This document shows, piece after piece, positions 1 through 12,454 of a stretch of 64,000 nucleotides of DNA; within the stretch, counting starts at the first letter, position 1, and every line of letters begins with the position of its first letter. The notes beneath the pieces are model-generated. The model searched no databases. It had not been told where the DNA came from and saw only the letters and a program-made list of their open reading frames with translations. The position numbers and the translations under genes were made by a program. The DNA is from Schizochytrium sp. TIO01 (Eukaryota; Protista; Bigyra: Labyrinthulomycetes): assembly GCA_004764695.1 (NCBI GenBank), contig SMSO01000031.1, positions 1,836,436-1,900,435 on the forward strand, given 5' to 3'.

Positions 1-328
1 GAGAAACGTGAAAAAGAAAAAAATGAGAGAAAAAATGGGGCGTCGCGTCTCGAAACTTCCACCTACAAGCAAGTTTCAAAGCTATAGCTTGTCAGGGGTG
101 GGCCTTTCATACTCAGTAAAGTACCACAGTCCACATCTGTACTCGAAACGCTTCAAAACTTGAAAGCTAGTTGCTTTTGTTAGCTTCCAGGAACTAGCTG
201 GCCGTTCGGCAACGACAAGCAGGAGCAGGTAACAGGAGGGGGCCATCATGAAATGTAAACGCGTTTCGTTTCAAGTCAGTCCTCGTCCTCCCTAACCCTG
301 CGCGAACCAGGGACTTGCTGCAGACAAG

Positions 329-369
329 CAAGCAAGTAAACAAGCAAGTAAACAAGCAAGTAAACAAGC
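329..369. repeat. 12-bp tandem repeat (CAAGCAAGTAAA) x3.4
   Basis: Units at 329, 341 and 353 plus a partial unit at 365, read directly. Confidence 0.9.
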
Positions 370-3300
370 CTCATACGCAGATGCTGGGTCTCTACTTATC
401 AGCCCGCAGCACTTCGCCAGCTAATCGTATATTGAGCTCTTTGCGCTCCAAACTTACACATTAGATATCCAAATAAATAAACATCAGCTTTTAAATATAT
501 AATTTAAAGAACTTTCTTTTTCTTTTCCTTTTATTATCATTATCAATTTATATTTTCTAACTAATGAAAATACTACATATATATAATTAACATAACAATA
601 TACATAGGAATTCCACTATCTAACTATAATAGTTACACTTTTACAAAAGTAGGTACTAATAGGTACAAGTGCTACGTGGAATAATATATATAATAGACCT
701 ACTTTCAAATTGAAAAGAGGCTTCAGACCCAGGACCCAGGCTTATAACCCTGCTCATATTGATACGATCTAGGCAACTCCCGGGTCACCGGAGCCTGGTC
801 CAGGCGGTACATTGGTCTTAATGGAAGCTAGCCACCAATTGCTTAGTATGGAGATAGTTGAAACTCGTCTGTGGTATGACGATGATGTATTTAAATTAAA
901 AACTTAATAACAACATCAATATATATGTATATAATTATAAACTATGAATGGGCAGCTAGATTTCCTCCATATGTGGAGAACAGAAGAAGAGGCGGCGCAG
1001 AGCTTTCAAGCTCGAAAGCGAAGTGGGCCGTCTTTAATCTCTTCATGTCTTCCTCCATCACACCGCGTTTAAAGAAAGAACTCTTTCGCGTTACCCTCGC
1101 ACAGACAGCTGTCCAGATTCAATGGAACTAACGGGGTTTGAAGGCACTTCCTTCCACCACGTTCTATCTTTGGGTAATCCTTGATCCGGCAGGCGTCCCT
1201 CCTCCTTCTCTGAGAGAAAGCTTAACCTGTCTATCTATGGTCGTCGATCCGGAATTGAATTGCGTACTCCGTGCCTGAAAGAAGGAACTGCACCGGACTT
1301 CTGCGACGGTCGCGCAGATCTCCAAACTCCGTAGCGTCTGCGGCTCTTCATCAGCAGCTTCGATCCTTCACAAAGGCCTCCTTCGCTCAACCAATCAGGC
1401 ATTCCAACCTTTGCGAGGGATTCTCTGAAAATCGATCGTTCTGTTGTTGCCAAAACTGAAGATGTTGATTGATACAGAACAGCCTTATGTCTTTTTGCGT
1501 TAGTATATATATATTATAAGAGCTACTTAAAAATAAAATAAAAATCATTTGAATTAATAACAAACAATCTATTCATTACATCAATAACGATATTTAATAA
1601 AAACTTTTGTTTTTTAAAATAATGAACATAAAGAAAAGAAAAAAAGACGTGTATATGTAAGTATATATGATCAATGGGACAGAAAGTTCGCTGTGGCGGT
1701 GAACGTGGTCCTGAAAGTGCTGTCCAGCTTGTATTGCTGGTGCTTAACGAGCTCTCGATGCATTTATGGGACCAAATATGAAGCTGGAGCTAGCATTCAT
1801 CTATTGCCTGCCACACCCCTTTCCGCGTCTTTGCATTACCATTAAGCTGCACTTTTGTGCAGAGCTTCTTTTGCCTTTTTTCTCTCGCCTTCTTTTTAAA
1901 AGTCGTGGTATGTGTTCTGAAGGATGAACGAAAAGCCTGGTACGACAAGGCAATAGTTGGCGCTGCTGCTACTTTTTGATACAGATCGAAGCGTAGGGAG
2001 GGCGTTTCGATCGTACGAGAGCGCGGAAGATAGCTGGAGTACACAGACTTCTAAAAGTACAAGAACGAGTTTAGACATCCGACCCTCGCTTGAGAAGTTC
2101 AACGCCCGGGACTTTGTTAACTGTACTGACTGATGATCCAAAATCTATCAAAAGCAGCTGCCATCAGCCAAAGCTAACTAGCTGGATAATCAAGAAACAC
2201 ACCCCAGTTGTCCAGAAACGCCGACTTTGATCTAGTCTAGTCCTACATTTCAATTTAAGTTGCTTCCTCGCCACGAAGAGCGGGTGTTTCTCGAATTTGC
2301 TGCTATTTTGTCTCGCTTCGAGTTCTTCACAAATGATCACAAATGATCGACTTACAAGCGAACACACGGAGGGTCTTGCGAACGAAGAGCGATAACTCCT
2401 GCGGCTTCGAAGAAAAGTACCGCGGAGGCTTGGAGACGGCACTCTTTTCGGCTGCGAAGTCCGCCTGATGAGCCGGCGTCTTTTGGAGTCTCGCGTGCAT
2501 CGCGTGGCGGCAGAGCTGACTTCGATCTTTCGTCTCGCAAGGCTGGAGACAAATGAGCTAGCAGCTTCGGGCTCGAGGCGCTGTGGGGAAGGTAGCAAGC
2601 TGAAGGCTTCTCCCGTAGCTTGAGAGACACGAGAGGGCGAAACGAGTCCATAAAACTTTGTGAAATTAGCTTTCCGAGTACACACGCTCATCAGGGCTGA
2701 CTTTTCCAAGGGAGTCTCGACCTTAAGCTCGTGCTTCGGCCCGGCGTGAGAGGCAGCAGGTAAGTTGCAGCGAGGCGCTTGATCGCTAACTCTCTCACTC
2801 TCACGCACTCGCTCGCTCGTTCTGCGATCGAGATATTGAGCTCAGAAGAGTACCGGTTCTAGGACAGGTGGGCTCAAGGCGAGCAGGTTTTGGTGCGCAA
2901 AGCTGTGGCTGGACGAGCTTCCAGGCTTGCTATAGCTCGAGGCTGAGTGTAGGACAACTTTTTTGTCTCTTCGTGGCTTTTGGGGCTTTTCTCAGGTTCT
3001 ATTTAGATTCTTTCCCTTTTTTTTTTTTCTTTTTTTTTTCTAGCTATCAATTCTTTTTTTCATTTTTGTTTTATTTCGAGTTCTTTTTGTTGAGTTAGAT
3101 GAGCCTAGGAAATAGGACTGATTGAAAGAAAAATGAAAGAATGCTCGCAGAAAGGTGTTCTCTGGTGTAACGTGAAATCTCCACAAAGTGATGATCAGGT
3201 CGACCGCCTTTTCTGCACCCCCTCGTAGCTTTTCAGGCCAGCTCTTCAGCTTCTTGAACAGCTTCTTCGATCTGCTGCAAATCATGCTACCAAGGTGTGA

Positions 3301-6013
3301 TAAAGTCTGACTGCGGCTGCTCCGAATCGTTGTTGAGCCTTACGTACAGCATTCCAGGTGAGAGAGGTCACTGCCATTGTAGTCCCATGGTAGTTTGTAG
3401 AGATGCTTTTGACTTGGCGAAATTCTCGCATTCTTCTAATTTCCCGTTATGGTCTTTCGGAGCCTCTTAAAATTCATGCGAAAGCAGCAGCTTTCTCTTC
3501 AGGTTCAGAACCGTCGGCGAGAAGTCTGCTCTAGGCCATCCTCCTCGCATTCCATTTGATCTGACGCAACCTAAGGAACTTCCTGAACCGATCTTTGTCG
3601 TTTCTTCGCTAGGTTGACGACACCTGCACCGATTGGTCTCTCTGCATTATTAAGTGCCACTTCTGGCAGGGGTACTAAACAATCATATGATGGTGAGAAA
3701 CCGGCTCATTTGCAATATTTGCTAAATACTAGCCACCCACTACCAACCCAGTTCAAATCGCTTTTTTGAGGAATTGACCGGTAGCTAAACACTCAAAGCA
3801 CCATTTGATGACCTTGCAATGCTTAGATCATTGCTTTCCTCCCATAGCTGGGGACGAAGTTTTTACAAAGAACCCCTCCAGTGTGCTCAATAAAGGGTAG
3901 CTTGGCTTTAGTGGCCCTCGTAAGCCCACACCAAGTATCGCAACGTAATAGCTGTCAGGTTAAACTGCCTTGAAACCAGAACATAATTACGATTACAAGG
4001 GGAGACCCAAATATACAGGAAAATAATAAAGAAAACTGGAAAGTGAGTTTCTTGCCTCTGATTTGATTTACCCTTAGAAAAGAGCAAGGATAATTCAATC
4101 TTTTTGGACGCATGCTTATGCTTCAGGATAACTTAAAGCCATGAATAGAGGTGCAACATTTCATTACATACTCATCCAGTATTAGACAAAAGTAGAATAT
4201 TACATATATAATTAAAATTTAAAAAAATGTTTTTTAAGTTTTGGAATATTTAAAGTAGGAGTGCCAAGTTTGGAAGGAAAGTGAAAAAGTAGCGCGCGTG
4301 GACAACAGCGGAGATTTTTTGACGTTGTGATACACTTTATTTCATCCGCTTCCGATGCACCCGCTGTCTCTATAACAGTAACAGCCTGATTTAAAAGTTA
4401 CCATAATGTAGGCGCTGTTCTGTTGGCACATTGCAACGTTTAGTTTCATATTATAATAAAATGGGATTAATATTCATAAGCAATAAGAGAGCAAACAATG
4501 CCTTAGGTACCTGAAATGAAAAGTACCAAGTCCCCATTACTTCATTTCTTTTTTTTTTATTGACCTGCTCACTCGGCCAGTGTTGTACTTGGGCTGGCAT
4601 GCATTGATTGAATGGTCCGCTCAGGCTGCTGGTTTAGAAATCTATAAAACATGTTGACAACTTGAAGTTTGGAATGCTATATTTACTTTACAGCGCCACA
4701 TACTCTGAGTTCTTTCAAGTATCGCACCCATAATGGTTTGGAAATGTAGGTAGTTTCCGCACCTTGAAGGTAAGAGTAGCATCTATTTCGCATGCGGCTG
4801 ATGGCCTATGCTCCTCAAATGCGAGGCGACATTCTAGACTCGCGCCGTAAGACTTACACTGTAGCTTCTACCTGTGATTTGGCTGTGACAAACAGCTTTA
4901 CTAAATTAAGATACCTATTTACCCCAAAGTACCTGTACTCTACCTTTTCAGTAAAACAAATCCTCCCTCTGGCGTAGCTAATTTGCAATAGTAGGTAACA
5001 AGGTCTATCTTCGAAGACGAACGATGAAATTGGTTTATTTATCATATATTTAGGATTTCAAGTTTCCTGCAATCGGGGAACCAGAGCAACAGGATCGAGT
5101 TCTTGAGCAAGATATACGGCCATCTGGCTGTGCTGCCACGAGCAAGCAAAGCAGATCACCCCTCCCGTGTAATCTCACCTGCTGCACCCACGAAAGCAGC
5201 GTCCCTCGCAGCGTAGTATACTTAAAACTTCCTGCCGTTGCTCTTAGTGGTCCGTCTCTTCTCTACTGCTACCTGCACGCTGATGCATGCTTTATCTAAT
5301 GGGAATATTGGAGCACATCCTGTTCTTTATGAATGGTTGGTTATATACTTTTTAAAATAAGTTTTTTTAATGAAATGGAATATTTCTATTAGGCCTTATA
5401 TTAGGTAGCCCCTAGTTGCTTCCATAACCTTTTCCGTTGGGCCGCAAATGTGTTGTTTTCCAACTCGTGATTTTATTTTTAAAAGAAGATCCACAAAATT
5501 GACAGTTGCGAGACCTCAAACTGGCCCCACATGAGTCGACGCCAGGCACCAATCTATTCGCAAGGTGCCATTGAGCAATCTTATCGTATATGAAAATGAG
5601 ACAGTTTCAGTATGACGCCATTCGATGCTGAGCGACCTTCTGAAGAAATGAAAAAGGCAATCTTTCCAAGTCTCATTTGAATCTTCTAGAGAGGATGATA
5701 ATAATAGTCCATCCCTGCACGGCTACGCTCGAAAACATCTCTTATGAAATGCCGCTGATAGTGTCGAATCTAAAGCTCCGACGCAGACTATGGAATTTCT
5801 GATCTCTGACCATTAATAATATTGAAAATAAATTACTCTAATCTTACTAAAAGTTGACTTGCGCCAACTTTCTCTTCAAAGGACAGGAGCCTCTCTATCT
5901 GGAAAATAAACCTCAGGGCCGCAGCCCTATTTCAATCAGGGCTAACTTAAGATATAGATGGCCCTGCTCGATTGCAAGAACTATTTATTCAACTAGGCCT
6001 CTCAGCAGTTATC

Positions 6014-6134
6014 GATCCATCCACGAGTCCCAAAATGACTAATTTCCATTGAAATATTTAACAACACGGATTGATCCATCCACACTCCCAAAATGACTAA
6101 TTTTCATTGGAAAATTTAACAACACGGATTGATC
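6014..6134. repeat. ~59-bp imperfect tandem duplication (2 copies)
   Basis: GATCCATCCAC..TCCCAAAATGACTAATTT.CATTG..A.ATTTAACAACACGGATT starts at 6014 and again at 6073. Confidence 0.9.
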
Positions 6135-8065
6135 TTCTCAGTCCAACCTAATCCTTGTGTACGATTGAACAAGCTAAATGCAAAATCACGTGTCAATATT
6201 TCTGAAACTCTTAGTTTCTTTAATTTTTTACAGCACTGGTGAATCGCATTTCGAGCTAAAATGAAATTGTACGGAAAAAGTCTATGGTATGAATACATAT
6301 ACAAAAAGAAATGAATGATACGTATCTTATTTTTGAAGCGAGGCTAGTACATTTTATCTATTCGAAATAAGTAAATCTTGCTTAATCCCATCAAAATTTG
6401 AATACTGCATAGTTCATTTCATGTGAATACGAATTTAGAAATTGGCGTAAATTTTTATGACAACGCTCTATCTAAATTTAAGTATACGCATGTAAAATAC
6501 AAATATCTCTTATGCGGCACCTGGATTTCTAATAAGGGAGGAAACATTGACGTTTTGAAATACCAATATGCGTATAGTAACAAAACTCTTCAGGGAATCA
6601 GGATTCATAGTCCTTCAAAATCCATAATCTTCGCATTGTGTGGTTATAATTATTTTGGCCATTCTTAAAATCCTACGACAGAACGAGCTAAGGTGCATCT
6701 GCTTGCGGAAATCATATCTTTGCTTCACTGTATTTCTAGATGTGCTAATTTTCTGGTTCAAATGGGGCAGATTGACTTTCTAAGAAAATTCTCTTATTTG
6801 GGATGCGTTGTTGTGATTTTTACCTTACCTCGGCGGCTCATTTGCACCATACGCTTTGAAGAGAGAAGAGAATTCGAGTTGCTCAACGCAGTGGCTTCTT
6901 GAACAACTCAAGGTACAACTAGCTATTTGAAGCACATCTGTACAGCCAACAATCTTCGGCATTATACTTATGTCAACCCTCTGAGTCAACTCGGTGGCAA
7001 TCTGTGAGCAAGTTCTGGTTTTGGTCACATCTCAAGGGTATGTAAGTACCTAGTACTAGCTAATCCATCTGCCCAAGTGGTACCGTACCGCGTTGGTACG
7101 ATAACTCAGCGCACACATGATTTAGATGCAGCACACCAAGTATCCTGTTTTCTGAGATTGAAGACCGACCCTTGGTGCTTTGAGAAATACTTTCATGAGA
7201 AGGATACCTAACGCTCTAGCTTACTAAAGGTTTTACGTCCAACACCCTCGCGCGCGATATGAATGACACTCTTCTGCACGATTTCGTGGAGTTACCATTC
7301 CTACAATCATGTAAATCTTACACTCCTAGAACCACATATTCAGGTGCTAGTGAGGTGAGAGATAGATTGGAAAAACTATTAAAGCTATGAAGTGTTAACA
7401 ATGCGTAGGTATTACTATGACGTATAAGAAGCACCATAGGTCATTTGTATAGGAAAGAAAGCTTTATTCTCCATCTCAGGACCAGCTCGAACTCTCTCTG
7501 GTCATACCGTAAACGCATCCGCTCTGAGGACCGGCGGTGCATTTGCGGAGGCCTTTCCAAGTCTCAACGTCAACTCCAACACTGTCTCAAGTGCCTCCAC
7601 CACCACTGTTTGCTTGCAGCTCCACTTTTGCAAAGAGGCTCATCCACTCCACTTTATGGATGACTACCTAATTTGACGATTTCCTCCTTGAGCACGCTTC
7701 GAGCCACGTATCGTCCTGAAATATATTGAGTTGGCAGCAGGCCACTCTGCGGCAAGCCAGACTAGGGAACTGTGAAGACTTACGCTGCGCTTTCATTTCT
7801 TAAGACTAACTGGAGGCCTTCCCTCACTTGGTGTTTTCTTACCTCCCATCGGCATCGTCTTGCACGCGCCCATATCTATCCGCACCTTTTCGCCGTCTCT
7901 TACAAGTACGATTGCTTTAAAACTCTCGACAGACAGCTTTTACAGCGACGACAGTGTTTCGATCAAGACTCCCACAACTGATTTCGAGAGATAGCCCCAC
8001 CGTAGAGACCGAAGGGCTCTGCGCTTCAGACTTGGGACATTAGAGAACAAGATATCATTTCCGCC

Positions 8066-10228
8066 ATGACGACTCATGGGTTTTATAAAGAGGTGGCTCC
8101 TGAGGATCTTGCACGTGACATGAGCATTGGTCTCTCAGAACCTGTGTTGTGTCGAGATGGAGCGCAAATTCCGGGTCAGAGCATGCCCCCGGCGCACTCT
8201 GTACCTTCTGATTTTGTTGATGTCATAGGCGCAGACAGGCTTGTCACAGTGCTTCAGAACACTGAGGAGCGCGAGATTATCCTGCCTTTCGGTGAGTGGG
8301 TGGCATATCTTGATGACACAAATGCTCGCGCTGCATCAGAGCAGAAGGAGCTCAACATGGTTAGCTTTGATGTACGCCAAACAGCGCTTACAGACCTTGT
8401 GGAGCTCCCTGATTTTTGGCGCGACCAGGACCTAATTCGTATGCTCAACGAAGACCTGCATGACAATGGCCCACATATGGGTTCGCATAATCCTCCAAAT
8501 ACTGCTTTGCTTGGCTACGACGGCGGGGCCGCACATTCTGCTGCAACGTGGCGGCTTGAGATTGCAGCAGAGACAAACTTTCAGAGTACAATTGGGTTTG
8601 CACAACGCCTCAGCCAACAGGACAATTCAAAGCCCAGGGAACCTACCGCGCCACAGCAAACCCCTTTATTTTGCACAATGTGTACGTCAGGCTGCTATTC
8701 CGATTTCTTCATCCCGTACGGAGGCGCTGCAAGTTACTTTTATGTTGCTTCAGGCTCCATGTGGATTTACTTAGTCGAGCCGACACCCACAAACCTACAG
8801 AAGTATGAGCAGTGGGTAGCTACGGGCAATATGAAGTTTAAGTTCTTTGGCGATTTGGTCGAGCGCCACGAGAAGATGGAACTCGAAACCGGAGCCAGCG
8901 CATACATCCCTCCCGGTTGGATCATTGGTACATTCTGTCCAAATGATGCGATCGTTTTTGGCTCTAATATCCTTACGCCTAAAACTCTTCCTACCCACCT
9001 TGATACCTACGCCATGGAACGTCGTCTCGACGTACCATTGCGTTTTCGCTACCCTGGCTTTGAAGCGATCATGTTTCAGATCATCATGTGGCTTCGTGAT
9101 CGAGTCAAATCGTCAAATCTCGCAGATGATCTTGAGACATCCCAACATCAAGCAGATGACTATATGTTTCTCTTGCGTTCGATCCTGCTCTGGGTCCGCG
9201 AATATGACTACACATCTCAATACAGCCCACTCTGGCAGCTCGAGCAGGAACTGTACTTCTCACCTGAGTTGCGATCTGCCTTGCAGCAGCTAGACTCAAA
9301 CTTACACTTTTCACCTATGGGTCAGATTAATGACGAGTCTCGCGAGGCAATCTTCGTTCGGTCGTGGAAAAGCGCTGTTACTCGTGCAAACTCTACGAAC
9401 AACGCTGGCAATAATCATAACAATATCAGCAACAATCAAGGCGAATCTAATACTGCTGCCTCGCCGCTGGCTTTGCCACAACGGTCACCTCCCGAACCTT
9501 CGACGATTGATTTGGTGCGTGCCAAGGCAAGCCTTTTGAATGGTGATTATGAGTCTATCAAACATCTCATCCGTTCTAACTCCTCAGGCAATTACGCAAA
9601 CAACCCTCAAGCGGCAGCTGCAGCAGCAGCGGCGGCGGCAGCAGCAGCAGCAGGAGGAGGAGCAGGATACTTTCCTACTTCACAGAACTCACAACACTCT
9701 GCGGTATCTCCCACTATCCCCCCTGCTTACATTCTTCCCGCTGGAGCTGCCCCACGCCCTGATGACATGATTGCCATGGCTCAACAGGGTGGAGCTGCAG
9801 GTCTTCATCGTGTAAACGAACAGTTGCAATGTGATAAGTGTCTCGGCTATTTCAGCAAGAAGGGTCTTGGCCCACATCGGCGTTACTGCAAGGGTGAAAT
9901 GAAGAAAGACTATAGTCTTCATCGCCCGAAAATCAACATCGGTGCTGATGGAAGTGAATCTGTCAAGGTTCAGAGTGCCACTCATCGCTCTTCATGCCAT
10001 CGTTGTGGCAACCTCCGCAAAAAGGTGGTTTTGTGCCCGCGCTGCCCCAATATTTATTGCCGCAAGTGCAGTGAAAAGATGCGTGAGGAGCACGGTCCTG
10101 ACGTCTTTGAGACTGGGTGTCCTTTTTGTAAATCACTATGTTGTTGCCATGGCGAGCGCACTCGCAGCTGCCCTCGGAAGTACCACTGCTACAAGAAATG
10201 CCCCGTCTCATTGGCACCTGTTTCTTAA
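8066..10228 (+). CDS. JmjC-domain protein (KDM2/KDM7-like, Fe ligands lost) with C2HC finger and C-terminal 4CXXC-type Cys-rich zinc finger
   Basis: 720-aa ORF with ccgccATG start. LFCTMCTSGCYSDFFIPYGG..PTPTNLQKYEQW and YIPPGWIIGTFCP..FGSNIL follow the KDM2/KDM7 JmjC pattern. CDKC..H..YC finger; CHRCGNLRKK..CPRC..YCRKC..CPFC..CCC at the C-terminus. Confidence 0.85.
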   Translation: MTTHGFYKEVAPEDLARDMSIGLSEPVLCRDGAQIPGQSMPPAHSVPSDFVDVIGADRLVTVLQNTEEREIILPFGEWVAYLDDTNARAASEQKELNMVSFDVRQTALTDLVELPDFWRDQDLIRMLNEDLHDNGPHMGSHNPPNTALLGYDGGAAHSAATWRLEIAAETNFQSTIGFAQRLSQQDNSKPREPTAPQQTPLFCTMCTSGCYSDFFIPYGGAASYFYVASGSMWIYLVEPTPTNLQKYEQWVATGNMKFKFFGDLVERHEKMELETGASAYIPPGWIIGTFCPNDAIVFGSNILTPKTLPTHLDTYAMERRLDVPLRFRYPGFEAIMFQIIMWLRDRVKSSNLADDLETSQHQADDYMFLLRSILLWVREYDYTSQYSPLWQLEQELYFSPELRSALQQLDSNLHFSPMGQINDESREAIFVRSWKSAVTRANSTNNAGNNHNNISNNQGESNTAASPLALPQRSPPEPSTIDLVRAKASLLNGDYESIKHLIRSNSSGNYANNPQAAAAAAAAAAAAAAGGGAGYFPTSQNSQHSAVSPTIPPAYILPAGAAPRPDDMIAMAQQGGAAGLHRVNEQLQCDKCLGYFSKKGLGPHRRYCKGEMKKDYSLHRPKINIGADGSESVKVQSATHRSSCHRCGNLRKKVVLCPRCPNIYCRKCSEKMREEHGPDVFETGCPFCKSLCCCHGERTRSCPRKYHCYKKCPVSLAPVS

Positions 10229-10753
10229 TCATGTGTTGATGTTATCATCAGTCAGATTTTGCACTCCATCGCAACTTGTGAACAAAGTTGATACAAGGAA
10301 AAGTCGTGAAGCTCTCTTCATGCGCTGAAGCGATCACGTCCAAGCATATACTCTCTTGTGCTTCTGTGTATTCGCAGCAAGCCAACTTTAAGTTGTTATT
10401 CTTTCCTTCCTGCTTTCCATACAAACTGCCACTACCCCAAATTAAATTTGCACATACGAGGGCCTTCGGGTCCTCTATTTCGTTCAGAGAGAATGAACCC
10501 TGTACTGCAAGATTCTATTCAGAAAAAGAAAAAAACGAAACAAACAAAAAGTATATCTTTTCTTTGTTTGTTGTTTATCCGTAAGAAAATCATGGTGTCG
10601 CTTTAGAAAGATGCATTCTATAACTGTAAACCTCAGTCAAATTTTCATCATGAATATAAAGCTTTAGCGTCCCAAGAAGAATATGTTTTTGATATGATGA
10701 AACGATAATAATACTATAGTTAAAAGTACATACTTCAGACTCCTTTCCGTTAT

Positions 10754-12454
10754 CTAATTCGAGGATTCCACCTTCTTGTCCACGTCGCGGCCCCCACCCC
10801 ACATTGAGCTACGGCTTGTGTCAACACCATGACGCCGCCGCTTCGTCGGTTGCGCACGATCAGCATCTCGACTGCGTTTAATTGCCTTTTGCATGGCTCG
10901 AAGACGGTCATCACGTGTAGCTTCGCTTGTATCCCTGAGACGAATATCATCACGACCCTCCAAGGTATCATCATCCATATAAAACATGCCCTTTGATTGC
11001 TTTACATGTCGTGCGCTCGGATCTAGCACACCAACTTCTGTACTCACAGGCGCTTTTCGGAGTCCTTGTTTCACAAGCTCTGCATCCTCGGCTGCTCGCT
11101 CTTCGTCAGTGAGATTGCGTCGCCTCTCAGTTTCTTGAGCCTCCAGTTCGCGAGCTTGCGCCTGATCTTGAGCTCGTTTTAGCCGTTTCATCTCACGAAA
11201 CTCCCAGGCTTGGTATTCTGCTTCCTCATCCACGCCATCAGTATCATCAACCATGTTGTTTCGAGCATTATGTAATGACCTCTTCAGCTCGTTGACCTGA
11301 TTCTCGGCTTTTACAGCACTTTGACGGACAGCCTCTGTAATCTGTTCGCGTGTGCTTTTCTTCAGAGCTTTACGTGCCTCTTTGGCTAGAGCTTTCTCGC
11401 GTTCCTCTTCTGCAGCTCGCTTTGCTCTCTCATCGTCTAAAACGCGCCGGTTCTTTGGTACAAACACTGGACGAACCATGTGTTGATTCTGGGACCCAGC
11501 ACCTGCATCCCGAGAGTCTGAAGATGATCCTGATGAGGATGAAGATCCTGACGAAGACGACGAAGACGATGAAGATGACGAGTCAACCGATGCAGCATCA
11601 TCATTGTCAGAAGGCGCTCTGGTCATGCTAAATGTAGGCTCTTCCGCAACCTTATCAAGCTCTTGCTTTGGTACGTACTTCGCCTTGGCAACTTCCGCGC
11701 CAGGTCCTTCTTCATCGCTTGATGAATCTGAGGAGCTCGAGTTGTCAGAGCCATCTGATGCATCCTCGCGTCGCTTCCGAAGCAGTGCAAGACGTCTCCT
11801 CCTCGCTGCCGCTATGGCCTCCAAATCTTCTTCTTCAGTCACGCCACTGCTGTCTTTCCAGTCATCTGTTGCAATTTTCCGTGTAATTTCAACCTTTGGC
11901 AGCGCGATTATACGTCCAGGTTTCTTGACACCACCATCGCCACCATCGTGATCGTAGTTCTCATCGCTCCCACTTTCCTTAGCACCTGCACGAGCTGCCA
12001 AGAGTTTCTGCCTGATAAGTTCACGGCGCTTCGCGATAGAAGATTCATCACTCGCAGACCCTGCATTTGCTTGGCTTGTTGTAACATTAGATCTCGAGGG
12101 TTGCGATGGGACTCGCCTTGAAGTCGAGCTCGATTCCGAGTCGGAGCTAGATCTCGAGGTCGTACTAGCGCTATCATCGCTGGCGGATCTCTTGCGATTA
12201 TTTTTTTGCTGTTGCTGCTGTTTCTGGCGCTGCTCGCTTTCAAAGACGCGTGCGAGTGCGCCTCTTGCCACGCCGCGTCCTTTCGAAGGCTTGTGCTGTT
12301 GTTGGTCCTCCGCCACTCGAGGCGTGAATTTCGCCACCACTGCTGTCGCATCGCGGTCGTCGGTCAGCGCTGCAGGCCTTCCATCCTCGTCATTTGCTGC
12401 AAGTAGGCCATCCAGCAGCTCACGTCCTCCCACGGAGGCGCCTTGCCGCGCCAT
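10754..12454 (-). CDS. MFAP1: MFAP1/Spp381-like spliceosomal protein
   Basis: VRPVFVPKNRR and VDDTDGVDEEAEYQAWEFREMKRLKR..ETERRRNLTDEER match the MFAP1 core. First ATG is at 12454 (aaacaaATG); the ORF-track start is TTG. Confidence 0.85.
   Translation of the reverse strand: MARQGASVGGRELLDGLLAANDEDGRPAALTDDRDATAVVAKFTPRVAEDQQQHKPSKGRGVARGALARVFESEQRQKQQQQQKNNRKRSASDDSASTTSRSSSDSESSSTSRRVPSQPSRSNVTTSQANAGSASDESSIAKRRELIRQKLLAARAGAKESGSDENYDHDGGDGGVKKPGRIIALPKVEITRKIATDDWKDSSGVTEEEDLEAIAAARRRRLALLRKRREDASDGSDNSSSSDSSSDEEGPGAEVAKAKYVPKQELDKVAEEPTFSMTRAPSDNDDAASVDSSSSSSSSSSSGSSSSSGSSSDSRDAGAGSQNQHMVRPVFVPKNRRVLDDERAKRAAEEEREKALAKEARKALKKSTREQITEAVRQSAVKAENQVNELKRSLHNARNNMVDDTDGVDEEAEYQAWEFREMKRLKRAQDQAQARELEAQETERRRNLTDEERAAEDAELVKQGLRKAPVSTEVGVLDPSARHVKQSKGMFYMDDDTLEGRDDIRLRDTSEATRDDRLRAMQKAIKRSRDADRAQPTKRRRHGVDTSRSSMWGGGRDVDKKVESSN

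Noticed and set aside
2164-2808. 214-aa minus-strand ORF
   Set aside because: GTG start, Arg/Ser-rich composition and no recognisable motif; not supportable as a gene.
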